DNA from: an uncultured Myxococcota bacterium
GTDB lineage: Bacteria > Myxococcota_A > UBA796
Direction of reading: 5' to 3'
DNA: 62,170 nt
Assembly: GCA_965661045.1 (NCBI GenBank)
Contig: CBFICN010000002.1
Coordinates: forward strand, 1 to 62,170
The first letter of the stretch is position 1. Every line of letters begins with the position of its first letter. Below are positions 42,773 through 51,646 of the stretch, piece after piece. The notes beneath the pieces are model-generated. The model was not told the DNA's origin, did no database searches, and worked only from the letters and a program-made list of their open reading frames with translations. A program made the translations under genes and the position numbers.

Positions 42773-44362
42773 ATGAGTTCAGTTTTGCCAACATTGATGG
42801 TATGGGTGCTGTCCGCTTGTGAGAGTCGTGATGGTGGTCAAGTTCAGATTGTTCGTGAAGCCTCAGAAGAAAGTGCACGTGATTGGGGGGTGTCTGTGGA
42901 ACAGGTGACCCTGCCTTGGCTTGCTCGAACATCTTTGGATTTGCGTGGGAAACGCCCAAGTGCGGCAGAAGTAGAAGCTGTTTTGGCCGGTACCGTCTCG
43001 GCGAATGACTTGCTTCAGGCTTGGATGGAGGAACCCGACTTTGCCCATCAGCAAGCGTGGTACTGGAACGATGCTTTTCACACCGCTGTTTGGATGGAGC
43101 AGGAAGAAAAATTTCGACGGTTTATGCTCAGTGATGCCGAACGTCAAAGTTTGGGTTTTGAGCCGATGGCTTTTGTTGAACAAGTGTTGCTGGATGGACG
43201 TCCCTTTACGGATGTAGTCACCACCAGTTCAGTGCCTTCAAACCCAGTCCTGTCCGATATCTTTGGAGATTCTGGTGACCTTGACGACTGGGGGTGGGTG
43301 ACGCCAGAGGCAGAGCATCCTTCAGCCGGCGTGTTGGGGTCTCGCGTATTGTGGATGCGTCAATACGTGGACTTTTTGAACCACAATCGTGCGCGGGCAA
43401 ACTTTGTCACGTCCACATTTCTCTGTATGGACTATCTGGAGCGAGAAGTTGTTTTTGATTTTTCCAGTATTTCTCTAGACGCTGTGGAAACGGCAATCCA
43501 AACCCAGCCTGAGTGTGTGGCTTGCCATGCCAGTTTGGATCCGTTGGCCAGTGTACTGGGTACCTTCCAAGACGGGGTAAACTTAGAACTCGATCAAATG
43601 GGTATGCCATCTTCGTTCAAAGAGCGTTGGTTTGCAGGGTGGAAAGAGCCAAATTATTTTGGACAGCCCATGAACTCCATCTCTGACTTAGGGGCTTATC
43701 TGGCGGTCGACGCGCGCTTCTCACAGTGTGTGGTCAAGCGAACCTGGGAGGCGCTGGTTCCAGAGCGAGCCTTGTCTGACTTGGATGTCTATGCGCTGAC
43801 AAATCATTTTGTAGAGTCGGACTACGACTTGCGAGACGTGTTGACGCGAATTGTTGTCTCCCCAGAATACCGAGAACAACCAAAGCGGGTGTTGCGTCCA
43901 GAGCAACTGTATGGTGTTCTCTTGCAACTGGGGGTCGATCCAGATTCAGAGCCTGGACGAGAACTGGGAGAGGTTGTTTGGTCTCCAGAACGGCGAGTGA
44001 TGTTTGGTTCAACCGACGATGTGGGTGTCTTGTCTGCAAACCCAGCTTTTACGGTGGGTCATCATGTGCAACTGGAATGGATATCCAATCAGTTAATGGA
44101 AATCTTGCGCGCAGATATCAATCAGTCCATCGACCGGCGTCAAATTTTGACAGCGTATGACTTACCTGGCTCTATCGAATCGGTCCGTCAGCAATTGATT
44201 GAGTGGAAACAGGTATTGCATGCCGACAACACAGAGAGTGATGAGACCACAATTGATACATTGGTGACGGTGTGGCAACAAGTGGCAGCACAAGACGAGG
44301 TTGTGGCGTGGTCGACCGTATTGGCGATTCTCGTTCACGATCCCAAGATGGTGCTGCGATGA
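42773..44362 (+). CDS. Lipoprotein with CxxCH motif, DUF1588/DUF1592-like (planctomycete-type)
   Basis: Lipobox 'WVLSAC'. 'PECVACHASLDPLASVLG' resembles the C..CH...DP.G block I recall from DUF1588-type proteins. Family assignment is tentative. Confidence 0.6.
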   Translation: MSSVLPTLMVWVLSACESRDGGQVQIVREASEESARDWGVSVEQVTLPWLARTSLDLRGKRPSAAEVEAVLAGTVSANDLLQAWMEEPDFAHQQAWYWNDAFHTAVWMEQEEKFRRFMLSDAERQSLGFEPMAFVEQVLLDGRPFTDVVTTSSVPSNPVLSDIFGDSGDLDDWGWVTPEAEHPSAGVLGSRVLWMRQYVDFLNHNRARANFVTSTFLCMDYLEREVVFDFSSISLDAVETAIQTQPECVACHASLDPLASVLGTFQDGVNLELDQMGMPSSFKERWFAGWKEPNYFGQPMNSISDLGAYLAVDARFSQCVVKRTWEALVPERALSDLDVYALTNHFVESDYDLRDVLTRIVVSPEYREQPKRVLRPEQLYGVLLQLGVDPDSEPGRELGEVVWSPERRVMFGSTDDVGVLSANPAFTVGHHVQLEWISNQLMEILRADINQSIDRRQILTAYDLPGSIESVRQQLIEWKQVLHADNTESDETTIDTLVTVWQQVAAQDEVVAWSTVLAILVHDPKMVLR

Positions 44363-45303
44363 TGTGGCTTTTGTTGGTTTCTTGCGCTGAGGAAGTGACG
44401 CCGTTGCCCGTGGAGTGCTCGGATGCAATCACTTATGAAACGGTTGGACAGCCATTTTTGCGGAATTATTGCACGGGTTGTCATTCCAGTGCTTTATCGG
44501 CAGGAAAGCGCTATGGTGCACCCCTTGAGGTGAATCTAGACTCTTATCAGTCTGCCAAGCAATTTGCCCTGCGTTCTTACGTTCGAGCAGTGCATTTTGA
44601 GGATATGCCGGCCGGTGGTGGCGTTTCGGAAGCGGAACGCCAACGTTTTGCGCAGTGGGCACTGTGTGGCGCCAAAGGTGCGGAGGTCTATACACCCACT
44701 GTCGAGCCAGAACCTAGAGTGTCGAGCATCGTTGTTTTCTCCAATGTGGTCGCGGGAAATGCCGAGGGGCAAATGGTGTTGGAACGCTACTTGGACGACG
44801 ACAGATTTTCTACCCCTCAGCAGCAACTGTTGAGAGAAGAATATTACCTACGCAGAGGCGAGGCCTTGTTGTTTGAGGGCTACCAAGAGTGGACACCAGA
44901 CGGTGAGTTGACATCAAGCGTGTCATGGGAACCGGCACTGGTTGTTGTTGACACCGAATTTCCCTCGACCCAGACGGTGATGGCAAGCATAGAACTGGAG
45001 GGTGCTTCTTGGAGTGAAGAACAAGAGTGGACAGGCCTTCAGGAATGGCAAGCCTTGTGGGAAGTAGACATCCACGAACGTGAAGCCAATCCACTACACA
45101 CTCAACTGTGGAACCAGCATGGGGAAATTTGGGGGTGGCGCAGTTCGAATGTGGTCGTACTGTCGAGTGCCTATGGCACAACAATCTCTGACCGTACGTG
45201 GGCCTCTCAACAGTTCTCCGGTCCAGATTTTGTGGACGTGACCGATTCATTTCCATTGGGGGTGGATATGGGCTGGATCGACTTGTGGATGGAGGAGCCG
45301 TGA
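44359..45303 (+). CDS. Cytochrome c-like lipoprotein (PSCyt1-like N-terminal domain)
   Basis: The start ATG overlaps the upstream TGA (ATGATG). Lipobox 'LLLVSC'. Heme-c motif 'NYCTGCHSS' followed by 'FEDMPAGGGVSEAERQRFAQWALCGAKG'. Confidence 0.65.
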   Translation: MMWLLLVSCAEEVTPLPVECSDAITYETVGQPFLRNYCTGCHSSALSAGKRYGAPLEVNLDSYQSAKQFALRSYVRAVHFEDMPAGGGVSEAERQRFAQWALCGAKGAEVYTPTVEPEPRVSSIVVFSNVVAGNAEGQMVLERYLDDDRFSTPQQQLLREEYYLRRGEALLFEGYQEWTPDGELTSSVSWEPALVVVDTEFPSTQTVMASIELEGASWSEEQEWTGLQEWQALWEVDIHEREANPLHTQLWNQHGEIWGWRSSNVVVLSSAYGTTISDRTWASQQFSGPDFVDVTDSFPLGVDMGWIDLWMEEP

Positions 45304-46496
45304 AGCGTCGAACGTTGTTGAAAACAGCATTGGGTGCAGGAGCGCTGAGTCTTCGGGGACCTTCCATTGCCCATGCAACCTCACAAAATACAAAAAGGCG
45401 GCTGGTGACGGTCTATTCAAGAGGTGGATGGGATACGACCATGGTGTTTGATCCTGTCGGTTCCCGAAGCAAAGTTCAGAGCGCTTCAGATGGCGAAGTC
45501 CAAAGCAGTGCAGGTCTGCCTTTTGTCGCCTCTGCCCAACGTCCATCTGTGTCCGAGTTCTTTGAGCGTTTTGGTTCGCAGTCTGTCATCATCAACGGTG
45601 TCTCCATCAATTCAATTAGTCACGACAAGTGTGCCCGTTTGCTATTTACAGGGGATCGCCGCAGCAACAAACCAGATTATGCTTCCATATTGGCCACTCG
45701 GTCTGAAGAGTTGCCGTTGCCCTACGTCATCTTGTCTGGTCCCCGATTCACCGGAGGGTTGGGGTACAATGTTACACGCGTTGATCAAGGCTTTGTAGAT
45801 TCATTGACGCAGCCCTCGCAAATTGATTTTTCGCTTGTCGAGGCGGCGGTGCAGCAAAGCATTGGCGTGACTGAATCTGAACGTGTGGACGAATATTTGC
45901 GAACCTTGGAGCGGCGTCAGCAGTTGAGACCGTTTGCCAGCCTGTTTCCATCCACCGTCAGTCTCAACCCAGCTTCGCAAATTGATCTCCTCACGACCTT
46001 GTTGAGCAACGAGTTGTCGTCTGTTGGATTGATACAAGTACTGCCACCTCCATTTCGACAATGGGATTCACACAGTGGCAACGATGAGTCGCAGAGTGGT
46101 TGCTTTGAATATTTGTTTGAACAGTTGGTGTATTTGGCGGATGCCTTAGAGAGCAGTGTAGACAACGACGGAGTGCCACTGAGTGAGAGTATCACCGTTC
46201 TGGTGCTGTCGGAAATGGGGCGGACGCCGGTGTACAATACGGCCGAAGGGAAAGATCATTGGCCCTATACTTCGATGCTTCTTTTTGGTGCTGGAATTGA
46301 GGGGGGACAAGTTCTTGGAGCAACCGATGACCAATTAATCTCTTCTCCCATTGATTTGTCCACCGGCCAGCGATCCAACAGTGGAACCACGCTTCAAGTC
46401 GAGCAGGTGCTGTCTGGACTGTTGGCGTCCTTTGATGTGGATCCCAAGGCGTATTTCGCATCGCCTGCTTTTACTGCACCCTTTGCACTTCGCTAA
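45300..46496 (+). CDS. Tat-signal DUF1501-family protein (alkaline-phosphatase/sulfatase superfamily)
   Basis: GTG start overlaps the upstream stop (GTGA), with GGAGGAG RBS at 45291-45297. 'VKRRTLLKTALGAGALSL' twin-arginine signal; 'RGGWDTT'; 'LSEMGRTPVYNTAEGKDHWPYT'. Confidence 0.8.
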   Translation: MKRRTLLKTALGAGALSLRGPSIAHATSQNTKRRLVTVYSRGGWDTTMVFDPVGSRSKVQSASDGEVQSSAGLPFVASAQRPSVSEFFERFGSQSVIINGVSINSISHDKCARLLFTGDRRSNKPDYASILATRSEELPLPYVILSGPRFTGGLGYNVTRVDQGFVDSLTQPSQIDFSLVEAAVQQSIGVTESERVDEYLRTLERRQQLRPFASLFPSTVSLNPASQIDLLTTLLSNELSSVGLIQVLPPPFRQWDSHSGNDESQSGCFEYLFEQLVYLADALESSVDNDGVPLSESITVLVLSEMGRTPVYNTAEGKDHWPYTSMLLFGAGIEGGQVLGATDDQLISSPIDLSTGQRSNSGTTLQVEQVLSGLLASFDVDPKAYFASPAFTAPFALR

Positions 46497-46548
46497 ACTT
46501 GATCTCGCTTAAGGAGAACTGTTTCAGTTGTTCGGTGAATCTAGCAGG

Positions 46549-47367
46549 TTAGCCAACAAACTTTTGGAGTCTTTTGAACAGGGGAATCGAACTGTCTTCA
46601 TCGCGTGGTTGGTAGGGCTCGTCAATGTAGGCCATGTACATCGTTCGTCGCTGAGACGCTTTTCCCGTCACCGTTGCTTGGGCAGTTCTGTGCCAAGCGC
46701 GTCCGTCATGAATGGTGAGATCCCCGCGTTTTACAACCAGTGGGACTTCTTTGGGATCGGGCGTGTGGGTGAAGAACATCGGGAATTTTCGAAAGAGCAT
46801 CATGAAGACACTTTGTGTGTGCGTTCCCGGCAAAATACGCACACCACCTTTCTCCAGTGGACAGTCATCCAAATAGAGTCCCACGTTCAACATTACACCT
46901 GGTTTGCGCAAGTTGTAAAAAATGTCTCGAGGAGAGTCTGTGTGCCAACCCAGTTTGGTGTAGGCAGACGTTGGGGTGTTGATAAAATTGTTGATGACAA
47001 TCCCATCTTTTTCAACTTGGGCCAGCCGCGCATCGTCACTCAGTAATTTTCCAACACCGGCAAAGCGTTCATCTTCAACAAACAGTTTGATGTACTCAGA
47101 GTATTGTGATGCGTAGGCAAAACGATTGACAAACTTGTTGCCATCTTCATTGGTTCCCCATTGAATCGGGACACCCAGTACGGTCTCTCTGTTTTCTTCA
47201 ATGAACCGTTGCTCCATTTTATTCATTTCTGCCAAGATGCCATCGACTTCTTCGTCACTGGCCACATTGGTGAAGTGTAAAAACCCAAAATGATTGAAAA
47301 AATCAATTTGTTCTTGGGTAAGGGTTGATGACAGCGTAAACTTTGTTGAAATATCCATGGCACTCAA
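46549..47367 (-). CDS. Phytanoyl-CoA dioxygenase (PhyH) family Fe(II)/2-oxoglutarate oxygenase
   Basis: 'GWHTDSP' (HxD), 'RILPGTH', 'HDGRAWHRT'. The longest ORF starts at TTG; the ATG at 47358 is an alternative. Confidence 0.8.
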   Translation of the reverse strand: MSAMDISTKFTLSSTLTQEQIDFFNHFGFLHFTNVASDEEVDGILAEMNKMEQRFIEENRETVLGVPIQWGTNEDGNKFVNRFAYASQYSEYIKLFVEDERFAGVGKLLSDDARLAQVEKDGIVINNFINTPTSAYTKLGWHTDSPRDIFYNLRKPGVMLNVGLYLDDCPLEKGGVRILPGTHTQSVFMMLFRKFPMFFTHTPDPKEVPLVVKRGDLTIHDGRAWHRTAQATVTGKASQRRTMYMAYIDEPYQPRDEDSSIPLFKRLQKFVG

Positions 47368-47454
47368 ATCAATAATTGTTTTCTACAATGTACTGAGGTT
47401 TGATTCGGGTGTCATGTAGGTGGCGCAATTTTGATTGGATTCAGACACGTCGAT

Positions 47455-47835
47455 TTACGCCAAGCAGATTTTGCCACCGGCTTTTTTCCATGCCACAAAT
47501 CCACCGTCCATCACAAAGACATTGGTGTAGCCCATTTTCATCAAGGCATTTCCAGCGAGGGCAGATCGCAGCCCATCCGAACAGTACACAATAATTTCCT
47601 CAGATAGATCGGGATAGTGAAACTCGATGTCTCGCTCTAGCACCCCTCTGGAAATGTGTTTGGCCAGTTCGATGTGGCTGATCAAAAATTCTCTGTATTC
47701 TCGAACATCGATCAGGTTCAGTGGGATCCTTTTTTGGGTTCTGCGCAAGACTTCACTGGCAGGAATGTACTCGATTTGAAGGCGGGCGTCGTCAACCATA
47801 TTGAGGAAGCGTATCGTTGGTTTTCTGTATTTCAT
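47455..47835 (-). CDS. Rhodanese-domain sulfurtransferase
   Basis: Active-site loop 'VYCSDGLRSALAG' and 'VFVMDGGFVAWKKAG'. Confidence 0.85.
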   Translation of the reverse strand: MKYRKPTIRFLNMVDDARLQIEYIPASEVLRRTQKRIPLNLIDVREYREFLISHIELAKHISRGVLERDIEFHYPDLSEEIIVYCSDGLRSALAGNALMKMGYTNVFVMDGGFVAWKKAGGKICLA

Positions 47836-47969
47836 TGCACCAATATACTCTGATTTTAGCCAATTGACAGTGCATTTTTACAGGTGTGTGGTACATGGGG
47901 AATTTTCATTGCAATCAAGGGGTGTCTTGAGTAGTATTAGAGCACATTGGATCAAACTGTGGAGTGAGG

Positions 47970-49616
47970 ATGTCTTTGTTGGGGTTGTTGATTGGGATGA
48001 GCAGTGGGTATGCACAGGTGGTACCAGAAGATGTTCAAACCCCAGAAGTTTGGGTACAGTGCAGTCCAATATCTGGTTTGATTGAGTTGGAAGCCCAATT
48101 GCCTGAAGCTTACAGAGAGAGCACCAAAGGCCTTGGAGAGATTGGTGTGTCCGGTTTTGAGTCCTTGGGTGGCGATCCTTCTGGAAAATTGGTTGCTTTT
48201 GGCAGTGATGGTGTCACCATGAAGATTCCATACATGGGTGCAGCAGAAACTGTTGAAGCAATGTTGCAGGCACTACAGCCCGAAGCGGAAGTGTGGCAAA
48301 CCAATAAAATGGCATGGGCAATGGAATTGGTAGACGATCATTGGCGTGTCACTTTGGAAAATGGCTACTTGGATCTACGTTCTGTCATTGGAGAACAGGA
48401 CGTGTCAAAACCAACCGTCTTGGATTCATTGAGCGGTGTGGATGAGGCGGAAGGCTGTTGGTTGATGGTCGACAGTGAAATGACGATTCCAAAGACCCAG
48501 ATTCCATTGGACGGCGGCTTGTTCATACCCTTTGACAAGGACCCTTTTTCATTGTTGTTTGAGCCCAAAGAGTCTTTGCCCAAGTTTCTTGCCGGTACGG
48601 GCGGACAGCCATTGTCTATTCGTACCAATCAATCACCGGCGGTGTTGGTGTCTCTTGGCTTTGACTGGTCTGAAATGTTTGCCGACCCTGTCATTCAACA
48701 GCGACTCGGTCTTTCACCGAAAGAAGCAAAGAAACTTTCCAATCGTTTGAGAATACAGCCTGGTGGTCTGATTGCTTTTGAAACGATCAACATTCGAAAA
48801 GATCCAAAGGTTTCAGTGGCGTTGGAGTTGCACAACCGTTTTGGGCGTGCCCAGTGTGCGTGGTTGATCTGGCGTGGAATCCAGCGGTCCTTGAAACAAG
48901 CTGGATTGGATTTTGTAAAGTTGGACGATCGGATACTGTCCTTTGCCAATAATGGAGATGTTTTCTACGTTGGTGTTGTAAAAGGGCGTCTGTATATCGG
49001 AAATACCAAAGCCATCGTCGAGGAGATGATGCTCAATCAGGGAACAGAATGGGCGAATAACGATTTTTCAGAATTTGCACAGCTGCAACCCGTGGCTGTT
49101 CAGGTTGGCATCCCAGATATGATAGGAATGATGGCGGGGGGACTGACTGGTGTTGAATTGGGACTGCGATCGGTCGAAGGACATGCACAGGTGACGGCGC
49201 ATCTACAAATGAGTCACGACAATGGTTGGACGGGAGTATTGCCCTTCATTGCCGGACAACTGCCAGACCCTGCTCCAGAGGTTCCAACAATAGAGCCACA
49301 GCGTGTCATACAACACCTCGCCGCCAAACAGCATCAGGTTTATTTGACCGATGGAGCGTACAAACCGATTGGTCAAACCGGCGTTCTCTTGGATACAAAC
49401 TTGTCTGTTCCAGCAAGCATTTTGGACACAGCACCCGTAGAACCATCGGCATCGATGATTGAGTGGATGGAGCAACCTTCCAGCGCCATGTATTGGGTAG
49501 AAGTTTCCGAGGATGGCTTTCTTGTTCACGGTGTTTTTGTTTGGGAGGGGACGTTGGTCCATTACACCAAAGATCACAAGGGTCAGATTTCCGTAGAACC
49601 TTTGACTGCCGAGTAA
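47970..49616 (+). CDS. Hypothetical secreted protein
   Basis: GGAGTGAGG precedes the ATG at 47970. Signal 'MSLLGLLIGMSSGYAQ'. No family recognised. Confidence 0.6.
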   Translation: MSLLGLLIGMSSGYAQVVPEDVQTPEVWVQCSPISGLIELEAQLPEAYRESTKGLGEIGVSGFESLGGDPSGKLVAFGSDGVTMKIPYMGAAETVEAMLQALQPEAEVWQTNKMAWAMELVDDHWRVTLENGYLDLRSVIGEQDVSKPTVLDSLSGVDEAEGCWLMVDSEMTIPKTQIPLDGGLFIPFDKDPFSLLFEPKESLPKFLAGTGGQPLSIRTNQSPAVLVSLGFDWSEMFADPVIQQRLGLSPKEAKKLSNRLRIQPGGLIAFETINIRKDPKVSVALELHNRFGRAQCAWLIWRGIQRSLKQAGLDFVKLDDRILSFANNGDVFYVGVVKGRLYIGNTKAIVEEMMLNQGTEWANNDFSEFAQLQPVAVQVGIPDMIGMMAGGLTGVELGLRSVEGHAQVTAHLQMSHDNGWTGVLPFIAGQLPDPAPEVPTIEPQRVIQHLAAKQHQVYLTDGAYKPIGQTGVLLDTNLSVPASILDTAPVEPSASMIEWMEQPSSAMYWVEVSEDGFLVHGVFVWEGTLVHYTKDHKGQISVEPLTAE

Positions 49617-49698
49617 GCGCAACAGTATAGAATGAAAAAAGTATGTCCGATTGTTGGGTTCTGTCTCGTATTTTGAGGAAAGACTGCCAGGGGAACTT

Positions 49699-50079
49699 GT
49701 GAACAACGCGACGACTTTTTCTACCATCAATCGATATGACTTGTATTGTCCCGTGTGTGGAGACAACACATTGCGTCGTTATTTACATGATGAATCTATG
49801 TGTATTCACGTTTTGTACATGTTCTTTCCCGAAGAAAACTGTTTCTCTTATGTGCAAGAAGAAGCGTGTGACGCCATCACCGAAGAGGAACTATTTGGAG
49901 AACCACTGACCCCAAAGCGCTTTGCTGAAGTGCGTTCGAACTTTCCGCCATCGGTGTTGCATTGGACAATTGAGACAGATCCTCGAACCATTGGTGCGCT
50001 TCCCCATCGGGTCGTCATAGGATTTGATATGGATATTGTACAACCCAGAAGCATTTTGTCTTGGTCTGAACCAGAGTAA
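49699..50079 (+). CDS. Hypothetical small protein with CPVC motif
   Basis: ORF is open from 49651. GTG 49699 follows a GGGGA RBS-like element. 'YDLYCPVCGDNTL'. Start is uncertain. Confidence 0.45.
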   Translation: MNNATTFSTINRYDLYCPVCGDNTLRRYLHDESMCIHVLYMFFPEENCFSYVQEEACDAITEEELFGEPLTPKRFAEVRSNFPPSVLHWTIETDPRTIGALPHRVVIGFDMDIVQPRSILSWSEPE

Positions 50080-50209
50080 AGTCAATTATTGAAATTTCAA
50101 CGGTGAAGCTCCAACATTGACAGTCTTTCACTGAATGACGGTGTCCGATAGACTTTGCAGGTTTATTGCGATATATGCAGGCAACAGCGTTGTTTTCCGT
50201 GGAGTGTAC

Positions 50210-51646
50210 ATGATTCAGCAGCTTAAAGAGCAGTTTCGGCAAGCGTGTCCAAGCACCGTGACTTTTGCCAGTTTGCGTTACGTGCAAGAGATTACTGAAG
50301 TGATTGGCATGCGAAGAGGGGTCCTTGAACCCATAGACAAAACCATTGACCGTGGGGTCATGGTGACTGTGTTTGCACACGGTGGAATGGGCTATGCCGC
50401 AACGGCTGACCTTTCCTTGTCTGGGTTGAAAACTGCGTTTGCAAAAGCATTGGACTGGGCGAATAGAAGTGGTGGAAAAATGGTTTTTGACCCATCGACG
50501 ATTCAAATGCCCCACAGCACCGGCTCCTACAAAAGCCGAGTTGAGCAACCGTGGGGTTCGATACCGTTCGGAGACAAACTGAATTTACTTAAAGATATCG
50601 ATGTCCAACTTCCGGTGGACGAACGCATCATTGACTGGTCCGCTTCGTTGATGAGTATCCGAACGGAATCTTTGTATTTGACCAACGAAGGTGGTGAGGT
50701 GCATCAAGAGTGGGAGATGTTGGCTCCGGATATGATGGCGGTTGCGCACCACAATGGACAAACGCAAAAGCGTTCTTTTGGCTCACGTGGAATCTCGCAA
50801 CAAACTGGCTGGGAAGTTTTTGACAGAATTGACTATCGCGATGCGGGTCCACGGATTGCCAATGAAGCAATACAGTTGTTGGAGGCACCAGATTGTCCAA
50901 CTGGGAACATGGATTTGATTTTGATGCCCGACCAGATGATGCTTCAAATTCACGAGTCTATTGGGCACCCACTTGAACTGGACCGCATATTGGGCGATGA
51001 GCGAAACTATGCTGGGACGTCTTTTGTGACCCAAGACATGTTTGGCAGCTACCAGTATGGATCTGAACTTTTGAACGTGACTTTTGATCCTGTGGTGCCG
51101 GAAGAGTTCGCCTCTTATGCTTTTGATGACAACGGCACCCCTGCTGAAAAATCATATTTGATTCGAAATGGTCTGCTGGAAAGACCTTTGGGCGCAGCGA
51201 TTTCTCAGCATCGAGCCAATATGGCCGGAGTGGCAAACTCCAGAGCCTGTTCATGGAACCGCCCGCCGATGGATCGCATGGCAAATCTCAACATTGAACC
51301 AGGGAACAGCACACTGGATGAATTGGTGGCCTCGGTTGAGAAAGGGGTTTTGATGCACACCAACACTTCATGGTCGATTGACGATTCTCGGAACAAGTTT
51401 CAGTTTGGCTGTGAACTGGGGGAACTGATTGAAAACGGCGAACGAAAAGGCATTGTCAAGAATCCAAATTATCGTGGAATTTCGGCAACGTTTTGGAGAT
51501 CCCTGAAGGGGGTTGGAAACCGAGACAGTTTTGAAGTGTTGGGTACGCCCTATTGTGGAAAAGGAGAGCCAAATCAGGTGATCCGAGTTGGTCATGCTTC
51601 ACCGGCATGTTTGTTTGGCAACATTGATGTGTTTGGGGGGGCTTGA
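50210..51646 (+). CDS. tldD: Metalloprotease TldD
   Basis: 'HESIGHPLELDRI' (HExxxH), 'NTSWSIDDSRNKFQFG'. GGAG RBS precedes the ATG at 50210. Confidence 0.9.
   Translation: MIQQLKEQFRQACPSTVTFASLRYVQEITEVIGMRRGVLEPIDKTIDRGVMVTVFAHGGMGYAATADLSLSGLKTAFAKALDWANRSGGKMVFDPSTIQMPHSTGSYKSRVEQPWGSIPFGDKLNLLKDIDVQLPVDERIIDWSASLMSIRTESLYLTNEGGEVHQEWEMLAPDMMAVAHHNGQTQKRSFGSRGISQQTGWEVFDRIDYRDAGPRIANEAIQLLEAPDCPTGNMDLILMPDQMMLQIHESIGHPLELDRILGDERNYAGTSFVTQDMFGSYQYGSELLNVTFDPVVPEEFASYAFDDNGTPAEKSYLIRNGLLERPLGAAISQHRANMAGVANSRACSWNRPPMDRMANLNIEPGNSTLDELVASVEKGVLMHTNTSWSIDDSRNKFQFGCELGELIENGERKGIVKNPNYRGISATFWRSLKGVGNRDSFEVLGTPYCGKGEPNQVIRVGHASPACLFGNIDVFGGA

Noticed and set aside
41740-46496. FGE-like lipoprotein acting as the formylglycine maturase of the DUF1501 (sulfatase-superfamily) protein.
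   Set aside because: No C/S-x-P-x-R FGly target motif is visible in the DUF1501 product or in the two heme-motif proteins. Many FGE-fold proteins are non-catalytic binding modules.
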